Shown one piece after another: positions 1-10,271 of a stretch of 64,000 nucleotides of DNA. The position numbers were made by a program, and so were the translations under genes. The first letter of the stretch is position 1, and every line of letters begins with the position of its first letter. This DNA comes from Candidatus Latescibacterota bacterium (GTDB lineage: Bacteria > Latescibacterota > UBA2968 > SICM01): positions 2,624,001-2,688,000 of the forward strand of contig CBDCJO010000002.1 of the NCBI GenBank assembly GCA_965217865.1. Direction: 5' to 3'. Below the pieces are notes generated by a model. The model was not told where the DNA came from. It searched no databases and was given only the letters and a program-made list of their open reading frames with translations.

Positions 1-863
1 CCTCCGTAAGAACCAATATAAACGTCGCCTGTACCGGTGGTTGACAACGAACCGGCTACCGCCCAGCTTCCTGCCCGCACCCCGTCAAAGTAAATCCGGA
101 TGTGAGAGCCATCGAAAGTCGTCGCAGCCAGATGCCAATTCCTGTCCGCGAGAATCGATGAATCCACGGCTGCGCTCTTTTCATAATACGTACCGTTAAT
201 GACGAATCCGCAATGCAGACCCTGTAATGGCTGTTTTTCGCCGACGGCCAGCAGCCATCGCCCCTCACTACCGTCACTTTTACGGATGATACACTGCCAC
301 TCCGGAGTATAATTCCCCTGCTTGATCCAGGCGCTGATAGTCATGGCCTCGGTCGGCTTGAACTGGTCATGATGGGGAATGTGGATAGAGGAATTTATGC
401 CGCTGAGATCCAAAGCGTAAGTTTTCCGCTTGCTGTTTGTCAGGAACTCTCTTTCGACATATTTCACGCTGGAACCTGCACCAATCCATGTAGCCTGCCA
501 ATCGCTTTTCTGCAGCAGTCCCATTTCGAAGGTTGCCGGTTCACTCCACGCAGATGACTTGCCGTCTTTATCCCACACACGAACCTTCCAGTAACATCTT
601 TCCCCGCTCGTTAATGTTCGCCCCGCGCAGCAAATGTTCACGGATTTATCAGAAAATACTTTTCCGCTGTCCCATTTGTCGCCAATGTTAGACTGGAGTT
701 TTTGCTCGTTGCTGGCCGCCAGAACCTGGTAGGCCGACTGCATTTCGCCTCGCCGAGAAGATTCCAACCGCCAGCTAAATCGTGGCGCAGGAGTGTCTAT
801 ACCCAAGGGATTCTGAGCATATTCACAACTCAATTCCTTGATGGTAATTGCCAGTGCTTTCAT
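1..863 (-). CDS. Alpha-L-rhamnosidase (GH78)-like protein, N-terminal part with LamG-like insert; runs off left edge
   Basis: Not in the ORF track because no stop lies in the window. Manual translation from ATG 863: MKALAITIKELSCEYAQNPLGIDTPAPRFSW...YQVLAAS...WDSGKV...CYWKVRVWDKDGKSSAWSEPATFEMGLLQKSDWQATWIG (typical GH78 N-terminal FN3 domain), then LamG-like MTISAWIK...WHLAATTFDGSHIRIYFDG. Confidence 0.8.
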   Translation of the reverse strand, partial: MKALAITIKELSCEYAQNPLGIDTPAPRFSWRLESSRRGEMQSAYQVLAASNEQKLQSNIGDKWDSGKVFSDKSVNICCAGRTLTSGERCYWKVRVWDKDGKSSAWSEPATFEMGLLQKSDWQATWIGAGSSVKYVEREFLTNSKRKTYALDLSGINSSIHIPHHDQFKPTEAMTISAWIKQGNYTPEWQCIIRKSDGSEGRWLLAVGEKQPLQGLHCGFVINGTYYEKSAAVDSSILADRNWHLAATTFDGSHIRIYFDGVRAGSWAVAGSLSTTGTGDVYIGSYG

Positions 864-1017
864 CAATGCGACCAATATCGGCGCGGCGTATGATGCCGCA
901 TTTATGTTCGAGATGCTGGAGAATGGGATTGGTCAGGCGATCTTTCTGAAGGTCTGCGACCCGTACACCAAACAGGAGGACGGCAAACGGGTGGCACAAT
1001 GGGGCTGGCCGGCAACC

Positions 1018-1413
1018 TCATCGCGGCAACTGTGCCCTCAGCCAGTAGGGTAAGATTTCATCCTCATACGTGATCTCAAGCTCGACCTTGCGCACTTCAC
1101 ACGGCTCGGGCTTCAGATAGGCTGGAGGTTGAATTTCGGATTGTAAGATGCGGAAGGTCAGCGTGTTGCGTCCCTTCTTCAGCAACCCGGGATCAATGAC
1201 AGCTTGCCGGTGGCAATGGAGATTGTCGGATGGGTGATCCAGGACGACCAGAGGAAGCGTGAGTCCTGCTTCCCAATCCACGGTGACCTCGTGCCCGTTG
1301 ACCTTCAGGACGAGGTCTCTGCGTGTCCAATCGGTCTCAGTGACGTTCAGCAACAGTCGTACGCCTACCGGCATACCCTGAGCCAGCACGGGCAACCCAG
1401 CCTTCGTATTCAA
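1018..1413 (-). pseudogene. C-terminal beta-sandwich fragment of a probable glycoside hydrolase-type protein
   Basis: LKVNG...LLKKGRNTLTF...VRKVELEITY resembles C-terminal domains of carbohydrate enzymes; no convincing start. Confidence 0.4.
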
Positions 1414-1810
1414 CGGTTGGGAATGACCATCCGCTGTCTGTCTTTAGCAACCAAACCAGGGGTTCTGTGATGTGGGGAACAAGGAGGTGATAAGTAGATG
1501 GTTTATCCAATTGTTAGCTCAAACATTTATGCGGATGATTCATTTAGATATTTTGCGGCATTTGCAAAGGGAGTTAAAAGATATGGAATAATTGGGAGGG
1601 GAAAAAGAAAAACCCACGGCAATTTTGCGGTGGGTGGTAGGGGGGGAACTGCAACCCGTGGTTACACGACTATGGTCTTGCATTTACATACGAAATAGGG
1701 AAACCAATTCTTCAATGTCATCGGCCTGTATTGTGTTTCAGCAATTGCTATCTTACCGACGGCATGACCTGTGCGGCCGAACCGTAAAATGGCAAGTGAC
1801 CCTGCCCATC

Positions 1811-2290
1811 TCAAACGCGCCGCTCAGCGTCGTCTCTGGCACGGGACACCGTGGCGTCGGAGAAGGTTGACTGAAGCTCCGTTGGTTTCACCAATTTGGG
1901 GAGAATCGTTGCGGAAGCTGTATCGAAGAACGTTTCCGCAGTCGTGAGCAAGAAAAGTACCGCATAAAGTAGCGGTATCGTCGCCGTGCCTGTAATTACT
2001 GCCAACCCAACGGACCCGAAGAGGACGGCGCGGAATATCCCAACCGCAGCCAAAGCACGTTGACGATCTACCCGGTCAGCCAGCGCGCCACTGAGCAGCG
2101 CAAATAATAGCCATGGAATCTGCTGCGTGAAAGAAAGCCCTGCCACGAGCGTGGGGTTGCGAGTGATGGTTGTGGCTAAGAGGGGCGCGCCGACGAGAGC
2201 GACGCCATCTCCCAGATTGGAAAGGGCGGCCGCGCCACACAGCTTACGAAACTCCGGTCCGAGGTTGGTTTGCGGTCGAGCCGATTTCAT
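1811..2290 (-). pseudogene. MFS transporter, N-terminal fragment
   Basis: FRKL...LSNLGDG...PWLLFALLSGALADRVDRQR (MFS motif A); only about 4 TM helices before homology breaks near 1870. Confidence 0.75.
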
Positions 2291-2366
2291 CGTTTGTCCC
2301 AGCCCCTTTGCAGGCTACTCATCCGTTCGTTGTAGATGGGTGGTTTTTTGTTTAAGCGCCGCTTTC

Positions 2367-2458
2367 GCTTAACGTTGCGCGGGTTTACCACCTGGCGAAG
2401 TCAGGTTACCCGGAGGCCAAGGGAGTTCGTCGCCCTCAGCGTAAACGAGATGTTATGT
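2367..2458. other. attC-like (integron cassette) recombination site, solitary
   Basis: GCTTAAC-gttgcgcgg-GTTTAC...GTAAAC-gagat-GTTATGT: outer AAC/GTT boxes plus inner inverted GTTTAC/GTAAAC boxes, 92 bp. Confidence 0.4.
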
Positions 2459-2546
2459 TATGGGGAAACTACATGCAATTCACGTTATTCGTCTCTGACG
2501 CCACAAAGGTCTGTACCAAAAACGTAATGTCTACCTATATCCTCCC

Positions 2547-3251
2547 TTAACGGGCAAGTAAGACAACCACCCCGAGGCCACTCTCCTTGCGGCTTTCCCA
2601 CAAGAGCTCCGTCGTCCGGAAGCCAGCTTCCCGCAGCAAAGCCTTGTGTTCGTCGAGGCTCAGGGTGATATCGTAGTTCCATCCCGAACGGGCCCCATCT
2701 GGCAGGCGAGCTATGTAATTGTGGTATATGTCATCGTCCTCAAAACGGTCCCCCGGCGGGGCTGACTGATCTCCTTCAACGAAGCAACCGTCTGGTTTTA
2801 ATGATTGCAGAATCTTGTCATAAACCACCTTCCGATTCGGTGGGGGAAGGTGATGAAGGGCGAGGGTCGAGATGGCGTAGTCGAAGACCCCTTCCCCGAA
2901 TTCCACGTCGAGGCAGTTACCGCGGATGAGGGTGATCTGGTCCATGCGGTTCCTGAACTTGCCTTCTAGGCGTTCGAGCATCCCGTCAGCAAGGTCGATA
3001 CCAGTGATCTGCGCCTGGGGAGCCTTCTGGAAGACGTACTTCAGTTCCAGCCCGGTACCGCATCCTACATCCAGGAGGGTTACCTTCTCGGTCGTTGCAC
3101 GGATAGGCTTGACGACGGCTGCGTAAAAGGGGTCCACCTCGCCACCGTCACCGAACTTCTCATCCCATACTTCCGCCGTAGCGCTGAAGAAGGCCTCTAG
3201 ATGTTCGATGCCATCCAGGAGCCAGGCCGGCAGATTCTCATCCCGCGGCAT
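2547..3251 (-). CDS. Class I SAM-dependent methyltransferase
   Basis: LLDVGCGTG motif I, GIDLADGML, ALHHL. Likely start is MPRDEN at 3251 rather than the ORF-track start 3566, which overlaps the next gene. Confidence 0.85.
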   Translation of the reverse strand: MPRDENLPAWLLDGIEHLEAFFSATAEVWDEKFGDGGEVDPFYAAVVKPIRATTEKVTLLDVGCGTGLELKYVFQKAPQAQITGIDLADGMLERLEGKFRNRMDQITLIRGNCLDVEFGEGVFDYAISTLALHHLPPPNRKVVYDKILQSLKPDGCFVEGDQSAPPGDRFEDDDIYHNYIARLPDGARSGWNYDITLSLDEHKALLREAGFRTTELLWESRKESGLGVVVLLAR

Positions 3252-3469
3252 AGACGCCCTTGGAACCTTACTGGCGATCTCATTGAACCTTTGATCAACC
3301 GAATTTTGGTTTGTCCTGTTGCCGCCCATGAGTCTGCTCCCTATCGTAACGAGCTCGACTTGCGAAATAGAGGAACTGTAAATAAAATAACGTAGGGAGG
3401 AGGGGATGTTCTTAAGCGCTTGGTAAAGCTCGGGTGGGGTCGGTTCTGCCAGGACGGCAGTACCATTGT

Positions 3470-4210
3470 CTAATTGAGATCGTCGAGTAACGGCAAAGCA
3501 CGCTGCTCCAATTTTTCTGCCTTTATTGGATATTCCCTTCCTGCTTCGTATTCGTGGATGACCCACTCGACGATGGCACGCGCATCGGGATTGTCTTCAG
3601 TCACGTTGGGGATTCCAAATTTATCCAGGTAAGTGTTAATCCAGAACAAGACTCCAAGTCTACCCGAGTTATGTGTCACTTCCACGTTGACGATTTCCTT
3701 CCGTCTCGCTTTTCGCAACTGCAATCTAAATCTTCTGTTCCATTCCCGCTCGTCCACCTCCTCTGATGTTTTAATGATTTCTGGACCGAAGGGTTGACAG
3801 AAGGCGTATACATGGAGAGACGGCTTCCAAAATAATTGATGGATCGATAGATCGACCTCGCAGCCTACGACAAATGGAACCTGGCCCCGATTCCAGGAAC
3901 GACCTATCGCGTGCTTGCGCGCCCCATGTTCGTTGGTGGTGAGCCAGACCTCGCGTCCACCCCTTGAAACCGTGTCCAGACCATTCTTCAAAATTGAATC
4001 AATCCGATCACCACTTGTCCCGTGCCATAGCCGCGCCACCCTGTTTTCCCCCCGCCTTGGTCCCAAATGTACCCGGTATTGTCCCTCTCGGAATTTCGCG
4101 TCAAGGCCCCCTACCCTTAGAAGATGACGGACTTCCCCCCTCCGGATACCGAACTGCTGCGCCGTCTCCTCGAGACTAAGGTTGTAGTATTCACAATCGT
4201 CCATGGTCAT
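3470..4210 (-). CDS. Hypothetical protein with N-terminal HTH and ADP-ribosyltransferase (Tpt1/KptA-like) domain
   Basis: LSLEETAQQFGI...VRHLLRVGGL (excisionase-like HTH); LWHGTS...SILKNGL...R...VWLT resembles the HGT...GL...R...VxL core of Tpt1/PARP-like folds. Confidence 0.55.
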   Translation of the reverse strand: MTMDDCEYYNLSLEETAQQFGIRRGEVRHLLRVGGLDAKFREGQYRVHLGPRRGENRVARLWHGTSGDRIDSILKNGLDTVSRGGREVWLTTNEHGARKHAIGRSWNRGQVPFVVGCEVDLSIHQLFWKPSLHVYAFCQPFGPEIIKTSEEVDEREWNRRFRLQLRKARRKEIVNVEVTHNSGRLGVLFWINTYLDKFGIPNVTEDNPDARAIVEWVIHEYEAGREYPIKAEKLEQRALPLLDDLN

Positions 4211-4265
4211 CCATCACGGCACGATCGATCAAAACATGCGTCGCCCGATCCGCTTGCTCCAATGG

Positions 4266-4787
4266 TTAGGCCCCTATGAGTAGCTCTGGTGCAGCTCTCA
4301 ATGGGAGCAAGAAGAATGCTGTGTTTTCGCCGGGTCTTTCATTGCGGCCAGGATCGATGCCGAAACCGAGTTCGGCCTTCAATGCGTAGTTCGCCTTAGA
4401 GTCGTAGCAACTTCGAGATCGAACCTGGTAACACTTGAGTTCACGAGCCCACTCCACTGCCGAGGTTTGGAGGAGTCGTCCGAGACCACGGCGACGCCAC
4501 CCTTCTCGAACTCCAAGCGCCACCACCTTGGCTTCGATGGCAGGCTTGTCATCGACGAAGAATGGTGGTTTGTCTTCGTCCATGCCGATCTGTTGTGTCC
4601 AGAACCGGAGGAATCCCACGGCTTCCGTAGGAGTCGAGGCACACAAGGTATATAAACCGAGATGAAAGTCACAAAGTTTGTCGTCTAAACCCCCCTGGCC
4701 CAGGTCGTCGCAAGCCGCAAGCAGCTCAGGCCAACGAGCATGGTCGGATGTCCAACGGTCGATCCGTATGTTGTCTGTATCAGGCAA
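4266..4787 (-). CDS. GNAT family N-acetyltransferase
   Basis: LGVREGWRRRGLGRLL acetyl-CoA-binding motif; ANYALKAELGF. Confidence 0.8.
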   Translation of the reverse strand: MPDTDNIRIDRWTSDHARWPELLAACDDLGQGGLDDKLCDFHLGLYTLCASTPTEAVGFLRFWTQQIGMDEDKPPFFVDDKPAIEAKVVALGVREGWRRRGLGRLLQTSAVEWARELKCYQVRSRSCYDSKANYALKAELGFGIDPGRNERPGENTAFFLLPLRAAPELLIGA

Positions 4788-4907
4788 AGCTAACCTCCAG
4801 GTATATGGCTAATGCATAAGAGTTGTCAAACGATGTTTGAAAACTGCTACGTCCGTTGTCGGAATAATTCGTTTCATTTCGACCTCCTTGTTGGTGGTGA
4901 GGTAGTT

Positions 4908-5627
4908 TCAGATTCGGCAGGCATCGATGAGCTGCTGACACGTAGAGGTATATCCGAGATGGTCCTCGATCAGCCGGGTGAGTACAAGACGGACCCAACC
5001 CTTCTCGGGCAAGGAGTCGTCGAGCGTATCTCGGAATTCGTTCATCCCCGCCGGGTGTGTGCCATCCCGAAGCAGCACAGCACGATAGTTACGTTCAAAT
5101 GCTCCTACCATGGTATAGAAGACACAAGACTTGAAGCTGAATCCGGTTACCAGGACAGTAGTCACCCCCCATCCTCTGAGGTAGTCGTCGAGCATGGAGT
5201 TCTGAAAACTATTCTGAGCGCACTTCGCGATCATAGCATCCTCTGCGTGAGGTTCAATGCTCGCAGGCCAGGGTGGCTCGATTGTACGACGCCATCTGTG
5301 TGCTTTCCATGGATCCTGCCTTCTTGTGCGGTGAAGCTCTTGATAGACACTGTACGGCCCATCTGATCCGCCACTGGGGTAACTGTAGATATACACAACA
5401 CGCATCCCGGCATCTCGTGCTGCATGGGCAGAAGGGGAGATCTTCTCATCGATCACTCTGAGTAGGGGATCATCCTCCCGAACCCCTACGCAATCAACTA
5501 TCAGAAAGGCTGTCTTCTCTGGAGGGAGTTCCAAAAGACTATCGACGGAGATATCCTCTGGGTCCCCGGTGAAACGGACTGGAAGATTAATAGGAATCTT
5601 GTCCTCCTTCGCTGTGTAGCAATGCAC
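4908..5627 (-). CDS. Cysteine hydrolase (isochorismatase family)
   Basis: TAFLIVDC, IAK..QNSF, LRGWGVTTVLVTGFSFKSCV, AFERNYR. Confidence 0.85.
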   Translation of the reverse strand: MHCYTAKEDKIPINLPVRFTGDPEDISVDSLLELPPEKTAFLIVDCVGVREDDPLLRVIDEKISPSAHAARDAGMRVVYIYSYPSGGSDGPYSVYQELHRTRRQDPWKAHRWRRTIEPPWPASIEPHAEDAMIAKCAQNSFQNSMLDDYLRGWGVTTVLVTGFSFKSCVFYTMVGAFERNYRAVLLRDGTHPAGMNEFRDTLDDSLPEKGWVRLVLTRLIEDHLGYTSTCQQLIDACRI

Positions 5628-5853
5628 AATACATATACACTACACGATTGCGGATGCACTTAAGCGTCACGAGAGGGATCAAGCGATTTTTCTGGTTCCC
5701 AATATTTACAATATGATATAAACTATCAAGGCCTACTGCGGCCTTTGCTTCTCAGCAACCTGGCAAACGACGGTTTGAGATGGGTGATGGTTGTAGTGGT
5801 GCTTTGTTGGACGGCGAGGGAATTTTCGATGTAGAAATCGGGAAGGGTTTAAC

Positions 5854-6030
5854 TTACTCGATGATTACGCTCTCGGGTGAGACTCGGATTGAGGACATCA
5901 TCAAGTAAACAAATGCCACAAACATTAGTCCAGCCGCCGAAAGAAGTGTCACCTGCCAGCCCAGGGTTTCACCGAGATAACCTCCGAACAAGGCAGCCAT
6001 TGGAATCACACCAAATACGACGAGCCGTCT
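5854..6030 (-). pseudogene. MFS transporter C-terminal fragment cut by IS1380
   Basis: Manual translation RRLVVFGVIPMAALFGGYLGETLGWQVTLLSAAGLMFVAFVYLMMSSIR...* begins exactly at the IS end (CTAG 6029). Confidence 0.6.
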
Positions 6031-7869
6031 AGTCCTAAAATAAGCGAATAGGCTTGTTGAGCGGTGTGTTATACAAGATTTCGGAGCATTTCAGACTTGT
6101 GACTTGGTGGAGATGATGTCTGGGCTGTTTTTGTGATTGTTTCGGCATGCGATTGTCTAATTAACTGAGTTTGCGGACGTGTTTTAGCCGGGGTGGACGG
6201 ACTTGTCCCTGTGATGTTACGACGACAGGTGCTGACATGGCAGTCAGGCCGGTTTGAGCCATCTGATTCTGTTCCAGGCCGGGAAGAAGTCAGTCATCCA
6301 CCGGTTGTAGCCCAAGACACGATAGATGATCTGTCTTCCCCGGGTCACGATCTGGCAAGGGATCCAGATCAGATTCTGGAGGAAGGCGCGAAACTCCATT
6401 CTCAGAAGTTGATCGCGACGCTCACGCTTTCGGATCATCAACGCGAACCAGGCTTTGAGGTTCCACGCCAGGGCGGTCATGACCATGTAAGCCCAGTTGC
6501 TCATCAGGTTGTCGACGGGCATCCGCATGGCGTTGACCCCGTTCTTGAGTTGTTCAATCACGTTTTCCTGATCGCACCGTCCATTGGCCAGCCTCACGAT
6601 TTCCGCGGCCGTAAGATCTTTTCGGGTGGTAATGTAGAAGAAACAGCGCTTGTCATCGAACAGGGCGTTTTCGCCGCGTTCGACGCTCAGGTTCTTTTCG
6701 AGGATCACGAGTCGACAGGTCTTCTTGCATCGAGCAGGACGATACGAAACCCCGGCAACACGTTCACTGGCAAGTCGGATGTTTTTGAAGCCGCGCTCCC
6801 GGATGATCCGGGCTTTCACGTTCTCGCGTTTCTGTCTCTGGGAGGTCTTGACCTGGTATTTGGGTTGTCGTTCAAAGGGCTCCCAATCGCTCTGTGACAG
6901 GGATTTGGCGATCTTGACCAATCCCCGGTAAGCATCCATGCCGAAGACGAAGTCGACCTTTTCCGACCAACGATCGAAGTGCCGGGTGAGTGAGAAGCCG
7001 GTGTCTCCGCGCAGGCAGATGCGTTTGGCGAAAGGGGCGACCAGCGCGATGGCGCGATCGATCCACTTTACGGCACCGTCGTGGCTGGGCACATTGCCGG
7101 GTCGATTCACAAGAAACAACACCTCCCTGGTGTTCGCCAGAGAGACCACGAGAGGATGGTATCCCCAGATACCGTTGTATGACAGGGCCATGCCCTGCTT
7201 GCGTTCTCCGAGGGTGGTGGCCAGGGTGCCGTCGATGTCGATGAGGGCTTCTTTGAGTTCGCCCCTGGCGCGCTTTTTCCAGATCCGGGTGCGCACCCGG
7301 TTGATGCAATCCATCAACGTCTCGATATCCGATGGCCGGAAACGACGTGTAAAGTCGCCTGCTGTGGCCGGATCCGGGAGACGCTGAGCGCCCAAAGCGT
7401 TCAGGAACGTGGCATCCTGCCGGCGCAGCTCAATGTCTTCAAGGCGTTGACCACCAACCAGCGCATTGTAGGCGATGTTCAGAACGTGGTCTGATTCGTG
7501 ACAGGGCAAATGCACTTTCAAAAGATGAAGATGACGGTCAATCTCTTTCACCAGCCCAACCCTGCGGACCATGTGGTGAAACGCGCCGATCCCCCCACAC
7601 GTGATCGCCTCGGCCTTCCCACTTATCTCGTAGTGGATGTTTCCCCCAGACATCATAGGCTTGACCTGACTGCACCACTGCTTCCGACGCAAACGACGGA
7701 CAATTCGTGCTTCCCTGTTCCGAAGAATCTTCCTGTATTCTCTCATCTGAAATGCCCCTTTTGATGGCCTCTTTTTGTCTTTCACACTACAACTATAGGC
7801 CTGAAAACTGGGGCATTTCAACTTTTTTCTACTAAAACCAAGAAAAATTCACGCTTGTATAGGGGCTAG
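6029..7869 (-). mobile_element. IS1380-family insertion sequence, full length
   Basis: Imperfect terminal inverted repeats CTAGTCCTAAAATAAGCG / CGCTTGTATAGGGGCTAG with CTAG at both ends; near-identical partial copy at 15935-17071. Confidence 0.85.
6244..7746 (-). CDS. IS1380 family DDE transposase
   Basis: LIDIDGT, GYHPL, RGDTGF, RCDQENVIEQLKNG, NWAYM motifs; likely start MREYRK at 7746. Confidence 0.9.
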   Translation of the reverse strand: MREYRKILRNREARIVRRLRRKQWCSQVKPMMSGGNIHYEISGKAEAITCGGIGAFHHMVRRVGLVKEIDRHLHLLKVHLPCHESDHVLNIAYNALVGGQRLEDIELRRQDATFLNALGAQRLPDPATAGDFTRRFRPSDIETLMDCINRVRTRIWKKRARGELKEALIDIDGTLATTLGERKQGMALSYNGIWGYHPLVVSLANTREVLFLVNRPGNVPSHDGAVKWIDRAIALVAPFAKRICLRGDTGFSLTRHFDRWSEKVDFVFGMDAYRGLVKIAKSLSQSDWEPFERQPKYQVKTSQRQKRENVKARIIRERGFKNIRLASERVAGVSYRPARCKKTCRLVILEKNLSVERGENALFDDKRCFFYITTRKDLTAAEIVRLANGRCDQENVIEQLKNGVNAMRMPVDNLMSNWAYMVMTALAWNLKAWFALMIRKRERRDQLLRMEFRAFLQNLIWIPCQIVTRGRQIIYRVLGYNRWMTDFFPAWNRIRWLKPA

Positions 7870-8247
7870 TGAAATGAACGATCCGATCCATGGCCGCACT
7901 TCCGATATAGCCGTTTCTTCTTTGGTCGCAAGGTACAGGTAGGGGATACCCTTCGGATTGGCGCGACCTTCGGATGCCCGGTCCCGAAGTGGCTTCATGC
8001 GGTGTGGTGAATGGGGGTACTCTGGTGGTTCAAACACCTCGTCGCCCTGACCTTCTTTTCGCAGGCGGCAACCGAGTTGCGCGCGCCAGAAGATCAACTG
8101 TTCCTTTAATATCACCTTGCGCGCAACGGCTGTCGCCAAGACAGTGTCCAGGAACTTCTCGCTTTCGACGGACCGGACATACCGGAAGTCCCGTCGCACG
8201 GCTCGTTCGAAACTCCAATAACTACACCATGACTGGAAGCCTGCCAT
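7866..8247 (-). pseudogene. RES domain protein (NAD+ phosphorylase family), 3'-truncated by IS1380
   Basis: FWRAQLG...EGRANPKGIPYLYLA...TAISEVRP; reading frame enters the IS at CTAG 7866-7869. Confidence 0.8.
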
Positions 8248-8446
8248 CAGTTTATGCTCCGCTATATTACTGGATGAAGATACCCCCTGGCGCAACGCCC
8301 CGGATGCAGCGCGGCATCTCGTGCAACCGCCTACGGCGGGAAACCGGCAAACGGAACGGAGAGGGCCGGAACAACCTCATCTGGGCATGATATGGAAACC
8401 CTATATGCGATGACGTGCCGGATGTTCCAAGCCCTCCACCTTGAAC

Positions 8447-8695
8447 CTATGTCGTCAAATATTTTAGCACTGAATCCCTCCTTCTATTTCTTTCCGCAAC
8501 CTCCGATATCGTTAGATCGCGGAAATGTTCAGCATCTCGTCCTCGAGGGATCGGTGGAGAAGGTTCGATGAGCTTTTCTATCAAAGGAACGTTACGAACA
8601 CGGAAATCTTGCCAATTTGAGTTACCCCTATCAGTTCGATAGAGGGCCAAAATGCAAGCAACACCACAATACGGAACACTCGGCCATGGGCTCAA
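8447..8695 (-). CDS. Hypothetical protein or gene fragment
   Basis: 82-aa ORF, no family recognised. Confidence 0.25.
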   Translation of the reverse strand: MSPWPSVPYCGVACILALYRTDRGNSNWQDFRVRNVPLIEKLIEPSPPIPRGRDAEHFRDLTISEVAERNRRRDSVLKYLTT

Positions 8696-9030
8696 TGACT
8701 ACTTGATCTTGCCACGTTTTACGAGTGTGGCCATATAAACAACTATTTATTCGGTGATTATATACTTGATAAAGTCATGATAGTGATGAAGGCTCTGTCT
8801 ACTCAAACAATCTGTTGGCAGTCCCCATGCCGACAAATATAGAAACAGGACATCAAAAATCAGGTAAAGAAATCGCTCGAATCGGACGATCTCCGGCCAA
8901 AGGACGGGGCATTCTGCGAAACTTTCGCAAAAAACTCAACATTTTGGGATAAAGCAAATAGCCTTTGTCAAGTATATAATTCCCATTTATTCGGGTAATG
9001 AAAAAGAAGGGAGGGAAGAAGTTGGCTTTA

Positions 9031-9519
9031 TCAGGAAAGGTCAATTTGCATTTTTACTTTTCCATCTCTATATACTTTCGCAATGAATGGCGGTTTATTC
9101 CTCTGTAAAAAACCAACAATTCTCGGCATCGCTCGAATAAATGCTTCAGCGTTCTGACGAGCAGTCAGATTTATATTTGTTCTCAAGTTAAACAAGGCAG
9201 CTTTATGTGTTCTCACACTCTCTATGGCTGTTCTCCGATAGCTAATTCTTTTGTCTTTTGTGAATGCAATCCAATTTTTGTCTCCGACGACTTTTATCCA
9301 TTCTTCGTCTTCTATATTGTGTCGGAAATACTCATTATGTGGGAACACTGTGAGTTTACCAGATAAATTGTCTATCCGGATTTCCCTTTCTCGCAAGCAA
9401 TTGATGAATACTGAACTATCAAGGTCCCGATCAACAAAAACGAATGGAAGATCAAGCTGCTGCTCTTGTTGCTGATTCGTATCGTATGACTTCTTCGATT
9501 TCTTTGGGTTTTTGACCAT
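9031..9519 (-). CDS. VapC45-like PIN-domain toxin
   Basis: VFVDRDL...DEEWI..VG...WIAFTKDKRI; downstream of and overlapping a DUF433 antitoxin gene. Confidence 0.8.
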   Translation of the reverse strand: MVKNPKKSKKSYDTNQQQEQQLDLPFVFVDRDLDSSVFINCLREREIRIDNLSGKLTVFPHNEYFRHNIEDEEWIKVVGDKNWIAFTKDKRISYRRTAIESVRTHKAALFNLRTNINLTARQNAEAFIRAMPRIVGFLQRNKPPFIAKVYRDGKVKMQIDLS

Positions 9520-10144
9520 AATCTTTAGCCAAGTCTACGATGAGTTCACCAGCATTAAATCGTTCATAGATCATCTCTGTAGAAACACCTCTACCTGTAA
9601 GAACTGGTCGGCCAAAGGAAATATAAGGACTCATCATTACTGTCTTAGGCTTGTCCTCCCTGATGAAAGGATCACTAATGAAAGGATATAAAACGCGAGG
9701 CCCTTTCTCGTCGTATTCAATCCTGTGGAGATATATGTCGATTACATCCCTAATCTCATACTGACCATATTTCGACAAATTTATAACATTCCCCAGATTT
9801 TCCATAAGGAGAGACTTCCCATCCGTCATAAAATATTTGAATGCCAACGGGTGATCTGCGTGGTCAGGGAAGGCTTCCTTGAGATAGTCCAATCCTTTCT
9901 TAATCTGCTGGAGAGGAACGCCGTATATTTTTCGAAGACATCCCAAAATATGGACCTCTACAAGGTTTACAAAAGATAACTGTTGCAAATCCTTAAACCT
10001 CGGAGGAGTTATAATAATCGGCCCCCCCCGGTTTGGTGGAGCAGACGTCCAATATCGAAGTGTTTGAGATGGAATACGAAGGCAATGAGCCGCTTCACTT
10101 AAACCATATGCGGCCGCGTATCGGAGATCATTTTTCTTTATCAT
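9452..10144 (-). CDS. VapB45-like antitoxin (HTH + DUF433)
   Basis: YGLSEAAHCLRIPSQTLRYW HTH, LSFVNLVEVH, PYISFGRPVL...GV...I..RF.AGE...DLA.DY DUF433. Confidence 0.85.
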   Translation of the reverse strand: MIKKNDLRYAAAYGLSEAAHCLRIPSQTLRYWTSAPPNRGGPIIITPPRFKDLQQLSFVNLVEVHILGCLRKIYGVPLQQIKKGLDYLKEAFPDHADHPLAFKYFMTDGKSLLMENLGNVINLSKYGQYEIRDVIDIYLHRIEYDEKGPRVLYPFISDPFIREDKPKTVMMSPYISFGRPVLTGRGVSTEMIYERFNAGELIVDLAKDYGQKPKEIEEVIRYESATRAAA

Positions 10145-10189
10145 GACAACTACCTCCTGCACTAATGAGCAGTATATTCCCCTGTATTA

Positions 10190-10218
10190 AATATATCGGC
10201 AGAAGGGAATAATGTCAA
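10190..10218 (-). promoter_or_regulatory. Sigma70-type promoter of the vapBC45-like operon
   Basis: Minus strand TTGACA-N17-TATATT about 45 nt upstream of the antitoxin start. Confidence 0.55.
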
Positions 10219-10271
10219 CATTAGCTTGATAAACAATTCAGGGCCAAGAAGTTGAGAGGATACCAGGGGCG

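Noticed and set aside
1600-1660. Similarity to 34720-34780 (GAAAAGAAAAACCC...ATTTT...GGG)
   Set aside because: Short and low-complexity; cannot be distinguished from chance by eye.
3252-3566. N-terminal extension of the methyltransferase ORF
   Set aside because: Overlaps the upstream gene and has no recognisable domain; the downstream ATG is more plausible.
1811-6030. The two MFS fragments as halves of one split gene
   Set aside because: Order on the minus strand is reversed (C-terminal piece upstream) and the middle is missing; more likely separate remnants.
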